Shown piece after piece: positions 12,501-27,100 of a DNA stretch of 64,000 nucleotides. Position numbers and translations under genes: made by a program. The DNA is from Lytechinus pictus (Eukaryota): positions 11,472,001-11,536,000 of the forward strand of contig NC_087250.1 in the NCBI RefSeq assembly GCF_037042905.1, in the 5' to 3' direction. Below the pieces are notes generated by a model that had not been told where the DNA came from, searched no databases, and was given only the letters and a program-made list of their open reading frames with translations. Every line of letters starts with the position of its first letter. Position 1 is the stretch's first letter.

Positions 12501-15500
12501 AATCGTAACTCTTTGTAAGATGGGGCCCTGATCTCAACATCTATTTTCAAGTGTGCGTAACATCATTCCAACAAAAAATGCATATGGTCCCTCTGATAGG
12601 AGCTTAAGATATCAGTGTTTTGGTTGCTTAATAACAAGCATTCATGCATTCTTAGCAGTAACAACAGTCAGGTAAAATAACCACCAATGTCTACAAACCA
12701 AATTCAAATTTCATTTAAAACAAGAACTAATTGCCAACTAAGTCTAGCAATACATTCCAATAGATGGCAAAATGTATCTGAAGCTTGTTACAACTTCACA
12801 ATGAGTTTCAGAAACTTACATACACAGATCTCAGGTCACATGACAACAGATCTGAGGTCACATGACTACTAACCTGAGGTCACAGAGGTCAGGTTCCATG
12901 AGTTGACAGAGTAGACTCCACGCCAGCCGTTTCTTGGTCTCGGTGACACCTTTCCTGCATACACCATCCAGAACGAGATCTTGAAGGAGCTGCAAGCATT
13001 TCTCAGAGGCTGACGACTCTCGGTCGGACACTGTAGGCAGGACACCCTGAAGCCATACCCTGAAACAAGGCAAGGAAAAGAAATCTCAGCAATTCCGGGT
13101 AACAATTACAGAGGCTAGGGGCACAATGCTTAAAATAGCCCCGGAAAATTCTAATTCATTGCAATGTAAAAGCTTATCCAAATTAGCAGTTTTGGGCAGT
13201 AGGCTGTGAAAAGTAGCCCCAAAAATATTTTTTTTTTTTTTTCTGCCTAGTACGGAGACAATTTTTCATGTTTCCTACAAAGATATAATCTTGATATAAT
13301 CTATATAATCATCTATAACCGCAAGGTCTGGTGGTCTTTCAAAGAGGGTGCCATGACATTTGCTCCGCTTTAAATTCCACACAAAAATGGAATGACCAAC
13401 TCAAACCCTGCATTCAACACTATACCCTAACCTAAACCTAACATAAAACCCTATTGCAAGCCTAACACTATGTCTTAGACGAAATAAAGCCTGGAGCACA
13501 TGTTGTGACACCTCAAAAAGATCAGAGCCTAACCAAGAAAACAAACTTACTTTCCCAACTGCAGGAGGTATATACTGTGGCAGTCAGCAATCTTTGACTG
13601 TATTACTACACTCAGGGCCAGAACAAGAGAGACCGATGGGCTAAGTGGACCATTTCTTTTGCTCTGGGTCCAAGCGATATTAAGTCAAGTCAAGGATTGC
13701 TGACTGGGTCTGTAACACATTACCGCATTAGTCGATCATGTTCGGAGAACGCACACAACTGTGTATTCACTAATGACATTAAATCTTAAATGAGCGCCCT
13801 CTACTTCTAAAACGAATACTTGCATTAAGGGGAATCGAACATTAATAAAAACCAAATTCATACCCAAGAAAATATGTTTTTGCATAAGATAGACATACCT
13901 TTACAATTTGTTCATGTTCCCTGTCACTAAATTCAGATGTATGTAGGCCAAATATCCAACTTGAAACTTAAAATTATCTTTGTTGTCTGCTATAAAATAT
14001 TTGTGAAGTGGAAACATGTGTAATGGTTGATTTCACGTAGTCTGGAATAGTTTTGGGTTTTTTTAATTTACCAAATGACTTGCATCAAATTCGTTTTAAG
14101 TGCGTTCATATGAAAATAGATTTCAAATAGTACCTTTGGACCCTTTCGTCAGTTGGGCTTTCTTTGAGGAGACTGGTGAGCGAGTCTAGTGCCTGCTTAC
14201 GGACAGAGAGGGCGGTATCACGGCAACGCTCCCGGAGGATCTCCAACAGCTGAAGGTCAAAGGCCATACACTGGAGCTTGAAGATATTCTCAAGCGCCTA
14301 CACCAAGGAAAAAATATTTACAACCCATCAAAAGAATTCTTTTTTTTTTTATTCATATATTATATGGGGTCAACAAGGACCAAATATAAACAATACAACA
14401 GATCAAATACAATTACAAGTAATCATAATTTCATCAGAAAAAAAATAAAAGAACAAAAACAAAACGAAACCTAAACAACAAACAAAACAAAACCAAAAAA
14501 AACTCCAAACCCATGAAACTGGAAAATAGGGATGAGTTAGATTTTTCCTGTTTCATCAAACAGAATAAACAAATTACCAAAAAAAATTGAAGTATTACCT
14601 GTAGAGCAGCTTTGCGGACTCCGACTTTATCATCGCAGATCCTTTCCTTCAAGCAATTCAACAGCCCACTGCTACCAACAAAACCTGAAAATTGGCAGAT
14701 AAGGGTCTTTTACTATTTGTAATTGTAGCAATTTCTAAGACCATCTAAGCATGCAACTCTTAAGAGGTTTGCCCAACATGGCAACACTCATTTCATACGA
14801 ACTGGATTTGACTGTGATGGTCATGGACCTTCTTGAATTCTTCCTCTGAAGAAGAAAATAAAAATGTTGACAAAGTATGTGAACAGTTGTATTAAAAAAA
14901 AAAAGTGAAATTATATTTATTAAAGTTTCTGTCCTGGTTCCTGGATATTGGGGAAAAATACGATGCTGGCACATCTATTATGAAACAAGCAAATTGCTAC
15001 AACTATTACTTAAGATAATGATAAAAATAAAAACAAGTACAAAATGATTTTTTTTTTTTTTTTAAGAGGAACTTAGGATGGAAAGCATACCTGCTGCACT
15101 CTCATCTCCGAACAACAGAGCAGGGGACCCTCCCATTAGGTTCCCAGGGGTGGCACCCTTCTTAGGCTCTGAGGGACCTTTTTCCTTCACAGATTCTTCC
15201 GTGACCTCTCCAGAACCCCCATCGTTCACCGTCGACCCACAATCCATTGCGTCAGTCCCAGCATGTCCTGCAGCCGCGTTGCCATTGGTAGATCCTGCAG
15301 CAGCTTCCTGCATTAAAATGAACAACATAGGTTGCGACCATCCAGCTAACAAGGGGCAATAACTAGGCCAGGCAAAAAATAATTTTTTATGTTCGGGGGC
15401 TACTTTTCACACCCTAAATGAATAAAACTGCAACATTGGATAAGCGTTAACACGACAGTGAATGGGGATTTTCCAGGGCTATATTTTTTTTTCCAGGGCT

Positions 15501-18113
15501 TTTTTTTTTACATTTCAAGGGCAAAATCAAATCCCCTGTGTAATGTTTTTCCCTGAGGGTTAGTACGCTAAAACACGATGAACTTTCTTATGTAGTGTGA
15601 AACACAGATCGTTAGAATTACTATTCTCTCTTCTCTTTTTTTTTTTTTTTGGGGGGGTGGGGTTTTCATAAAAAAATAATATACAAATAATGCACGTAAG
15701 CGCGTACATGCAGGGCCAAATAATGAACGATGTGCGAAAAGAGCCAATGGATATACCGCACCGAGGTCCGCAAGACCAAGTGCAGTATATCAATTTGGCG
15801 AGTCGAGCACAGAGTTCATTATTGAGGTCCTCTATGCACAAGAGTATGTGTATTTTTTGTTTTATACAACCATCCCCCCCTCACCCATGTTACTGAGTTG
15901 CCCCGAATGCTATATTTCAACTAAATTCTAGATAATACCACAACTCTATCCTGCACTCTGACGTCAAGAGTGCAGGATAGTGCATTTGGTATGACGTCAG
16001 AGTGCAGGATAGTGCATGTTGGATGCAGTAGTGCAATTTGCTGATATCATGTGATCCGATTTGGACCAATCAGATAACAGAACATTCTTGGGAGCAGACC
16101 TTCATTTTTGAGGAGCGCGATCGCGCCGGCACTCCTACTGCGCTCCTAAAAAAAAATGAGAACAAAAAATCGCGCTCAAAAAAAAAAAATTAATATTTTA
16201 CATCTTTAACTCCATGAAATGGCCATCTATTTTCCATAATTCCTTGAAATTATTTTGATTTGAACTCGGTAAATTTTGTAGTCCCATATGTAGATTTTCA
16301 TGGCAACACCATGGAAGTCTACATGTGGGACTACAAGTAAGTTCAAATCAGAGTCGGGAAAGAGGTGAATATTCTTCTTTTTTTTTTCTTTTTTTTTTGA
16401 GCAGGAGCACGATATTTTGTAAACATATTGATCCACGCCTAGTTTCACCACAGATTAATTAATAGCTACACAGCTATTGCATATACAATGTTAAGAAAAA
16501 TCTACAATTTATCATACATGTATTGAATTAATTAGAGCTCCTCAAGGAGAGCGATTCTGAGGAGCTCAATTGAGCTCCTCAAAAAAATAAGGAGCGATTT
16601 ATTGAGCTCCATGAAATTATTAACGTGAAGGACTGTGGGAGCTGTATAAATATTTTACCTTGATTGCATCCTCAAGAACAAGCACCGGGGTAGCCCCAGT
16701 CTTGGCCGTAGGGGCAGCTAGAATATCCGACAGGGGGTTGGACGCTTGGTTACCAGCGAGGGCAGTAAACTGGGCAAGACAGCTAAGCGCCTTGGCTCGA
16801 ACACTGATTTATGGGGAAAACAATTAGCATTCTTCATTCATTTAATTACTTTTACTTAGAGATGAAGTACCCCTACATTTGTTCCTGATACAATTCAATG
16901 TACTGTGTAGACATCATTTTTTCCCTGCGGTTTTATTTGCCAATTTTCATGAATCTAATTTTTCGAAAAATTGTGTTTCGATACATGACCAAATACTCAA
17001 AAGGAAACATCACAAAAGTTGCAAAATTTACACCTCCCACGTTTCCCAAAATCGTCCACAAAAGAAAAAAATATATGTAAGCAAAACATATGGCGAATGC
17101 AATTTATGGTTAGATGAACTGTGCATGAACTTATTTCCATTTTACAAGTAAAATAATAAATAGACAAAGTGAAAATTAGAGTAAATAGGCTAAATGAAAA
17201 TTAGACAAGTAGACAAAATTAGACTTAATTGATAGTAACTCTTAGGAAAAAAAAGTAACAGAAAAACAAGCCTTTTACAAAAATATCAAAATCCATGGAG
17301 AAAATCATACCTGAATTTAAGTGTAGAACTTTTGAATGATTATAGTGCTCTATATGAAATCTATTGAGCAAAACCAAAAAAAGTGGAAAATTTGTCCAGA
17401 GGTTAAAACTTACGTAGGTGCCTTATCAGAGCAGCGGGACACCATGATGTCAAGTAAGAAACGATGAGATAAAAACTGCTCCTGGTTGCCCTCGCCTATC
17501 AAAAGCAAAAAAATAAAAACAAAAAGATTTTATTTTCAACAATTATGGAGACTGGGCACTGAGGCTTAGTGAGAATAGGTAATCAAAAAACAATTTATTA
17601 CTATTCATAATGATAATAACAATGCGCGTCGGAATAGATTATTTCTAGATTATTGGCACAATATAAATGCCTATTACTATTGTCAATATTATTGTTCATC
17701 TGTAACATGCGTAAGACATTCAAGGGAATACATTTTGGAAAAAAATGAGAATCCAAGTACAGCTGTATAGTAAATATATACACGTAAGTGATAGATCTTC
17801 AAAACGTTTGATTGGATTCATTTTCATTCTATAATATTTATTACCTCCCCCCTTAAAAATATGAATGAATGAATAAATGAAAAATAAATAAATAAAACAA
17901 AATAAATAAATGAATAAATAAATAAATAAATAAGCAAACAAATAAATAAATAAAATTAATGAATAAAATCAAATAAATAAATATGATTTGATTTAAAATG
18001 TTGATTTGAAAAGAAGTTTACCTGATGATTACCTGAAAATTTTATTCATTTTCATTCTATAATATTTATTACCTCCCCCCTTAAAAAAAATAAATGAATA
18101 AACACATAAATAA

Positions 18114-18145
<32 letters not shown>

Positions 18146-21100
18146 AAATGAATAAATGAATAAATAAATAAATATGATTTGATTTGAAATGATATGATTT
18201 GAAAAGAAGTTTACCAGATGATTGTCTCTCTGGCCTCTCAAGAAGGGCACCGACTACTTCAAGAGCAAAGACACGATAGCTGATCTGAGGATGAAGAGAG
18301 GTGGAAAGAGGGGTATTATCTTGTTCATTTGAGAGTAATTAATTAATTCATGATTGATTGATTATTCATTTGAGAGTAATTAATTTATTAACAAATCTAC
18401 CTATCCATTTGTAATCATTTATCAAATATATATTCTATGCATTCATTTAATCACTGGTAAAAAAGAAATTCAATGATTAATTGATTTTTTGTTAATTTAC
18501 AAATCAATGATATCGACATGTATACAATTATTGTATTTCCTTATTCATTCATTATACATTTCACTTATCAATTACTCAGTAATTCATTCCTATGATTAAG
18601 CATTCAATCATTTATTCATTCATTATTTTTTGTTTCTTACGTTGAAATCATTTATTATCTAATAAATTCATTAATTCCTTTATTTATTCATTCATTTTTT
18701 ATACATTTCTAAAATTTATTCATATCAACTCACTCATATTTTTTAATTGCCCATCCCCAGAATGTTTGTGGTTCTAAAGAGTAACAAATTTTCACTCCAT
18801 AAGTCAAAATGAAAATTATACCAACATACCTTGGCATTTTTGGAGTAAAGGAAGAGCCACTTGACGAAGCTGGCTTCCATTTCGGCCGGAACACCAGCAA
18901 GGATGCGAGCGATGGTGTGTGAGACTCGCGTCCGATACTCGACCTTATCCGGCACCTTGACACACATGTGCTGCATTAGAACCCTCAAGCATGGCAAGGA
19001 TTTCTCCCCAATGTCCTTATACAAATGGCTGGAATCAAGAGACAAAATATCGTTAGTGGGACCGTTCAAAGATTGCAATACAGGTAAATTTGCCAAGGTC
19101 AAGTCTTTTGGAAGCACAAAAATATCCTTGACTTACATAATAAACTTTAGAAATGTATAAAAAAATGAGTGGAAGAAGAAATGAATAAGTGAAAGATTAA
19201 TAAACGAAGGAATGTAAGAATAGATAGACAAAGGAGATAAAAATGAATGATTGACATCTTGAATGAATGAAGAATAAATGTATGAATAATTGAATGAATG
19301 AATTTATGAATGAATGAATAAATGAATGAAAAAAGAGTGAATAATGAATGAATGTATTTGATAGATTCACTAACTAAAATAATGCAGATAAATGAACAAA
19401 TGTATGAATGCCGACTGAGATAAGAAAAGAAGACGTTTTCCATAACAATGGTCAAATAAATTGCTTAAACTTGGATGAATATTCAATTTTCGGAAGGTAA
19501 ACTTGCAAGTTGACTTGGAATATATATTTTACAGCAATCTAGCCATTGGGAGAAAAGGGATATGAATACAATGGCATTTCATCCAATAAATCACTTCAGA
19601 ATGAATTAACTGTATCTCTAAGATTTGAGGTGAACATCCCATAGAAGTGTTGATTTATAATTGTTCATTTTCCAAACCGGGCCAGGTTCAAAACCCATCA
19701 TGCTACATTCTAACCAGTGTCATCTTGTAATGTAGACCCATTTGATAAATAACACATCAATTCCCCACTCAACACGTTCATACCACTATAATCATATTAA
19801 AAAATAGCTAAACAAGTACAGTACTTTTCCTCTCAGAAATTTATAGTTTCCCTACAAATTATAAGTTATAGGATAAATAATTTTCTGTATCATTCAGAGC
19901 TATCTCAAAAGGTATATTTCATACTAGCTATTTTCAAGACACAGTCAATGGGCAAAAAATACATGGTGGTAAGTTCGCTCGCCTTTAAGTCTTAATGTAA
20001 CAACACTACATTTGGCCGATACTAAGGCCTGGCCTAACTTTTAATAATATGCATCGCATGTAGTTACCTGGCGAAAGCCTCGGCATGGTCTTTCATCTGT
20101 TGGATGTGTTTTGGTATGGACGTCGAGGCAACGGCTTGATTCTCACCAATCAGCATCAAGATGTTTGGAAGTAGATGCTTGAAAACCTGGGACAAAATTA
20201 TAATGAAAAAAAATAAAAAATTTGTTTCAAGAGAAAAATGATTTGTAAAAGGAAAAGAAGTAAATCCATTCTCAGCAGAGTGACAATTTTTCACTGGTTT
20301 AACAATACTTATTTTACATTCTTATCATGCATAGAGTGGTGCTAAAAAAAGTTCTACCATGTTTAAGTCAAGATATTAAATTGTGAAGTCAGGTGACAAA
20401 ATATTACATTCAATTAAGTTTGTTTCTCTGGGCTCAACATTCAACACTCGGCGTGAAGGAGTAACTTTAAAGGGATGGTCCGGGCTGAAAGTATTTATAG
20501 GATAAATAGAGTAGATTTCACTGAGCAAAATGCCAAAATTTCATCAAAATCGGATAACAAATAACAAAGTTATTGAATTTTAAAGTTTAGAAATATTTTG
20601 TGAAAACAGTCATCATGAATATTCATTAGGTGGGCTGATGATGTCACATCCCCACTTGTTCTTTTGTATTTTATTATATGAAATTAGGTTTATTCAAATT
20701 TTTTCCTCCAACAACTAGAAAAATTGGATTGACAACTGATTTAGTGCATTAGATATTTATTGCTGCAACATATTTCATTATAAGGGAGACATATTATTCA
20801 CACAAGGTTGAAATAATGAAAAAAATAAGATTTTATGTAATAACATAACAAACCGGAAAGTGGGGATGTGACATCATCAGCCCACCTAATGAATATTCAT
20901 GACGACTGTTTTCACAAAATATTGCTCCACTTTAGACTTCAATAACGTTATTATTTGTTATCCGATTTTGATGAAATTTTCGGCATTTTGCTCAGTGAAT
21001 TCTACTCTATGTATCAAGATATAAATATTTTCAGCCCGGACCATCCCTTTAACGCAAAGACAAGAGAAACGTATCTTACCTGTCGTAGCATGTGAGAGGA

Positions 21101-24100
21101 TTCCCCATGAGAACCTGTGCAGAGTGCCTCCAGACCGAGATAGGCAAGATGGCTGATACTGTAAACATCCTCCAAAGAACTGTGTGGGAATGAGAAAAAG
21201 AAGTAAAGTATACAAATAATGAATGTTTATGAGTGCAATGGACAGAATACTTCATGAGGTGAAAGATGAAATGATCCATTCAACTCGGCTACACCTCGTT
21301 GAATGGATCATTCATTTCATATTTCACCGAATGAAGTATTCTGTCCATTGCACGAATGAAAAAAACATTCATTAATTGGTTTATATGACACCAACAAATT
21401 GATTTTTTTTCATATGAAATTCATGAATTTCGATGCAAAACACGCTCATGCATTGCGAGTTCGGTCTGTTGATTGTTACGTCATTACAACATGCGCACTG
21501 CTGGTGCCTGCAGAATGCAGTCTCGGTGCGCGTGTGCAATTGACAAAATCATATGGATCCAAAATTGCACGGCCAATGACGTCACGGCAAAATGGGCTGA
21601 ATGAACGATATCAAACAACCAATCAAATTACAAGGATCTATCTAGGTGTCATATAATATGTATTACATACAATGGCAAGAGTTCCACATGCACCCCCAAT
21701 AAAATTGAAAATTAAAACATTGAGAAGGTTCAAAATAATATATCTAGCCCTAATATAGAACATATGTGATGGGGAAGTGGAAATACATACCAAAATATGG
21801 CCTTATTCCGTCAAATTTCGAGCAGGATCGAGTGCGTGTTATTGTCCATAAACATCGGTTTATTTAGTCAGTAAAGGGTCTGTGAGTCTAGACTAGTCGG
21901 AAGTATCGGCTCAAGATTGCTAAAATACTTCTTCCGGTATCAGTGCTTCTCGCTGGCACAGCGGATAGAGGTCTTGACTAAAAGTACGAGGTGTGTTCGA
22001 ATCCCAAGCAAGGTAAGGAACAGTGAAAAAATCGATAGAGAAATATGAAGTGAACAAACCGTAAGTCTCGACAATCTCTTGTCATTTTGGGTGGGGGGTG
22101 CAAATGGAACTCTTTCCCATACAAATGACAGAGTTGAAAAAAATGATAACATAGGGTATTTGTAAAGCGCACATATCCACATAGTCAGGTGCTTATTAAA
22201 GACGCTCCTATATTACCCCGGCTTACACCCTCAGCTACCGATTCTGGTGCTCGCAGCTTTTTGAGGATTTACTTCCTGTCAGTACCCATTTCACTCACCT
22301 GGGTTAAGTGCAGCACATTGTGGATCAATTTCTCGCAAAAGGAAATCACGCGATGGCTGGGATTCAAACTCCCGACCCTCTGTTTCAAAGTCCAAAGATT
22401 AATCCACTGGGCCATAACACTCCAAAACAGTTGGCAAGCATTAACCCTAAATGGCATGAGACTTGGAAGTAAAAAGTCAGCGAGCGACACAGTAAAAAAA
22501 ATTTGCCTGGTGGATTTATTTCTTATGTTATATTGTGTTATCAAGAATCAACCAGTACTATTAAGGCAGTAAAGAAAATAAATGCGAACAGGCCTCATGC
22601 ATCTTCTTTTAGTGCTAGACTGTCTCCCCAGCCACATGCACCATGATATGCTACCTTTACCATCATACCTCACCTCTTGTTTCCAAAGTGGGACTCCCAG
22701 CCCTGCTCCGTGGGGACGCGACTGACCTCGGCCAGACATTGCATGACGTGCTCGATGATCTCTTCAGAACTCTTCAGCGGCACGTTCCTGAGCAAGAAGA
22801 CAACCTCCTGCAAAAAAAATTGGTGACAAAATTACAAAATGTTGCAGATGATAAACACAGAATTCCCTAAAAACAAATACTAGGTAAATTTTTAAGGATG
22901 AATTCAAGTTCTGGAACAAAGATAGTGCTGGTCTTAGGAGCATTTCATCAAATAATTAGTCTGTTATAAGCTACTGAAATCCTTGCCTCTGATTGGATAA
23001 GAACAAGAAAACAACCTTCCGCAAAGAATGGCGACAAAATTGGGTGTGCAGTAATAATAATAATTATAATAATAGTATGCTGCATAACATGCTCAATGAT
23101 CGCTTCAGAACTCTTAGCGGCACATTCCGCAGCAGGAAAACAACCTCCTGCAAATAAGTAGAGCACCTCTTGCAGTCTCACCTGCATTACGTGATTTAAT
23201 ATAGCAGCAGTGCTGGCTTTGAAAACTACTAACCTTTTTTTAATTGTTTAAACTTTTTAAACAAGTTATTTAAAAAGTTTAAACAGTTGTTTAAATAGTT
23301 TAAACAATAGTTGTTAGAGTAACAGGCTTAAACAATGTGCTTAAAATTTTAATCAACATTTTTACAGTGTTCAGCACTCGACCCGGGTGAGGTGAATGGG
23401 TACCCGGCAGGATTAATTCCTTGCATGCGCTGAGCGCAGGTGATGGTGGCTCGAGCTAAAGCCGGGGTAATAATAGCAAGCGCTTTGTATCCTCAGGCAA
23501 AAAGTGCTATAAAAATCCAGCTATTATTATTATTATTAATAAATTAGAGCATTAGTGCATACCGCTAATGCGTGTGGATCCTGCACATGTAATGACTTAA
23601 ATTGAGCAAATTCTTGTACATTTTTCAAGCAATTTAGGGGGACAGAGCACTACATGTATGGCACACAGTGGATAAAAGCCTGGGTGACAATGCAAGGATC
23701 AAAGATAAATACCCTGATAGCATGGTAGATAGCCCGGTGGATGCGATCCACTTCCTGCGTTGTCAAGGAAACCACCTCCTCATCCTCCTCCATATCCTCC
23801 TCCTCATCGTTGCCGGCATCATGAGCCTTCTGGGATGCGGTCTGGCTGGAGGTGATGCGACGGGACTTCTTACCCCCCTGTGGCTGGGAGCTCCGATGGC
23901 CTTTGGACTCGGGGCGCTTCCGCTTGTTGCTCTCCGTCTTCGGCCAGAGCTTGAAGGTGTCCAGGGCTTCCTCAAAGAGCATCGGCTGCTGGACACGGTA
24001 TGCTCCGCTTCCTGGAGGATAGTAATAATAATGATAATATTAACATGTCCGTTTATATAGCATAGTTACTATGTGTATATACTTTACTGCCCTTGATACT

Positions 24101-27100
24101 TGGTACCATATTATTACCCTGGCTGTACCTGAGCCACCATATAGGCGCTAAAGCGTTCAAGGAATAAATCCTAGCGGGTATCTATTCACCTCACCTGGGT
24201 GAGTGTAGCACAATGCCAATCAATTTCTTGCTGAAGTTTAATACCTCCTGGCTGGGATTCGAACCAACAACCCTCTGTTTCAATGTACAGCGAGTAATCC
24301 ACTAGGCCACAGAGCTCCATTGATACAATGTAGATGTTCAGTCAAAGTGCAACAAAGCAAACCAACACTTCGCGTAAATGTTAAAGGCCTGTAGAGCAAG
24401 GCCACTTTTCCAAATGGCACATTTCTATATTGAACTGCCAATATTAAAGTTAGCAAAGGGCTTGAGATGGGACTGATTAAATCGCCATGATGAAATATTC
24501 ACTTTTAAATACGCTTACACAGATTAGACAGAATATGTGTACATGTAATTCTGCAATATTCAGAGACTCAATTCTCCCCTACGTGGCAAGATATCTCCAT
24601 TTTTTTTTCAATTACAATTACCAATGACTTTTGTCGATTACAATTACAATTTCAATTACTTTCTATAAAAGTCATAAATGAAATCAATTTGTATTCTCTA
24701 TATGTACTAGCACCACTTATTTCAACACAATTCTAAGTTACAGAGAAACTGACAAGATGGTTTATGTTTAATAAAAAGCAAAATTCTACCCATTACACAC
24801 TTTGATGCTGAAGCAGTCGACACGAAATATTTTGATATTTATGTAATCATTTTATCGATCAATAAAAACTTTATGAAAAAAAAAAAAAAAGTCATGAAAT
24901 TAAATCATGAAAACAAGTAAGTTTATTGTAAAGTAATTGAATGATATTAAAAGTAATTGAATTCAATTACATTTTTTTTTCAATTACAATTACAAATAAT
25001 ATATTAATATAGGTATATTTACCCAGGGTAGCCACTTCAGTTTCGAAAACTGTTCTACCAGCGGGCCCTGCTATTATTATTACCCCGGCTTTAGCTGAGC
25101 TGCCTAGGCGCTCAAGCAGTCAAGGAATTTTTCAATTCAAGGAATTCCTACCGTGTACCCATTTACCTCACCTGGGTTGAGTGCTTTCCCTTTCAAAATT
25201 TCAAATACAATTACAATTGTTACCTGAGAAAATGTAATTAATCACGTAAATGATCAATTACCTTGTAATTGAGCCCATCCTAGGCTTGCAAACTACATAT
25301 TTACCTGGTATCTCGAGAAGGAGGATATACAGATGAGCAGCCGATATTGCAATCTCTCTTTCCACTGCCGATGAAAGGAGGCTGTCCACCCTATTCATAA
25401 AATGGTGCAGTCCAGCCAGCAAAGACCTGGGTACGATTCCATTTTCACAGAGGATGTTCCAAAACCCTGCTCGGAAAAACAATTACATGTACACGAGCGT
25501 TGTATTAAAAACTACATAAAGTGACATTTAAAGGTCCTATGAAATACAGCAAAGATGCTGATTTATTCGTTAGCTTAGTGGTTACCAATAACGATTCCAT
25601 CAAAATTTTACCCGAAAAACATCCCACATCAGGTTCAAAGGCAGTTTTATATTGAAAATTGAGCCAAATTTGCCACGCCCACAAAAAATTCAGCCCAATT
25701 TGGTTTCGTATATCAGTGACAATTATGACGTCAGGGGAAGAATCTGCTGAGTGTTGCTGACGTTTGGAGCGTGAAGTGCCTATTGTGGTTGCACGTGTGG
25801 ATTCAAAGTAAATAAATTGAATTGCTGGAATGATATTCAGAATCTGAATCTTCAAAGTCTGAAGAATCAGACGCAGTTGATGACGATGCTGCAGCCATGA
25901 TCAAAACCTCATAAAAATCTAAAAAATCTGTTAAGGATGAGCTTGATTGAAACAGCAACTACACGAGAAACATGTGCAATAACTAGGGGTCCGGCTGCAC
26001 AGCTGAGAAAGCTTTCTTTCGATGACGTCACGATGATTGACAGGTCGATCGGCTGACTTTCTTGAAAATTTTAGTGGGCGTTCCCGTTGAAGTTAATTTC
26101 CATAGAATAACTCAACACTGGTTCGTCGTACATAGAAACCGATGGCAAATTCGTATTTTTCAAGTAAAACTACCCAAGAATAGATACATATCCAAAATAA
26201 GATGGTTTTTGTGTCATAGGACCTTTAAAATATTTCTCTCCCTCTTTCTACTGCTGATGAAAGGACAGTCCTATTCCTAATAATGAAATGCTGCTGTCCA
26301 ACATGCAGAAAACCCATTTCATTAAGACTTGCAACTAGCATCACTTTGCCATTATTGTAACTACCATCAAAAACCCTCGATTGTGATTGGCTGCTGAGCC
26401 CCGTTACCATGGCAACTGCCATAATGGCAGAGATACCAGAGTTGTAACTCTTCACAAAACAGCCCCCGAGTACAATTTTCACAAATGACATTTCAATGTC
26501 ATACATGAAAGAACAATTTGCATTAAAGGGAAAGTTCAACTTGAAAAAAAAATGTTAAAATACCAGAAAAAAAAAAATTGATATAAAAGGTTTTTGGAAA
26601 ATACAAAGATTAAGAAAGTTATTAGAATTTGAAGTCTTTGATATGTGACAGCATGAATTTGCAGAAATTGAAATTTTATAATGGTTCATGATGACTGAAC
26701 TAATTTTTTATCAGATAATTTTCGTCACTTGATAAAGAGTTGCAGCGGCACTCGAAAGCTCGTGAACTTGTATTTTTCCTTGTTGACCATAGTAGATTGC
26801 GAGACAAATGAATACCCTCTAGCGATTATTTCAATCCGCAATAATGAACCTATTTAGTAATTTTTTTTTCTTTCAAGAGAGGGTGTGAAGTAATTTGCCT
26901 GTTGATATATTTAATGTACAATTTTGGTACAACATTGTATATGGGGAATCTCCACCAGAGTAGAAAACTATAGCAAAATTGAAAAATTTGCCAAACAAAT
27001 TGGGCCCCATTTCCTAAAACTTGTTATAATATAATGACTGATATGCAATGTCAGTTTAAAAGCTAGTTAAATCGTTCAATCTGGTCGGCTGATAGTAATC

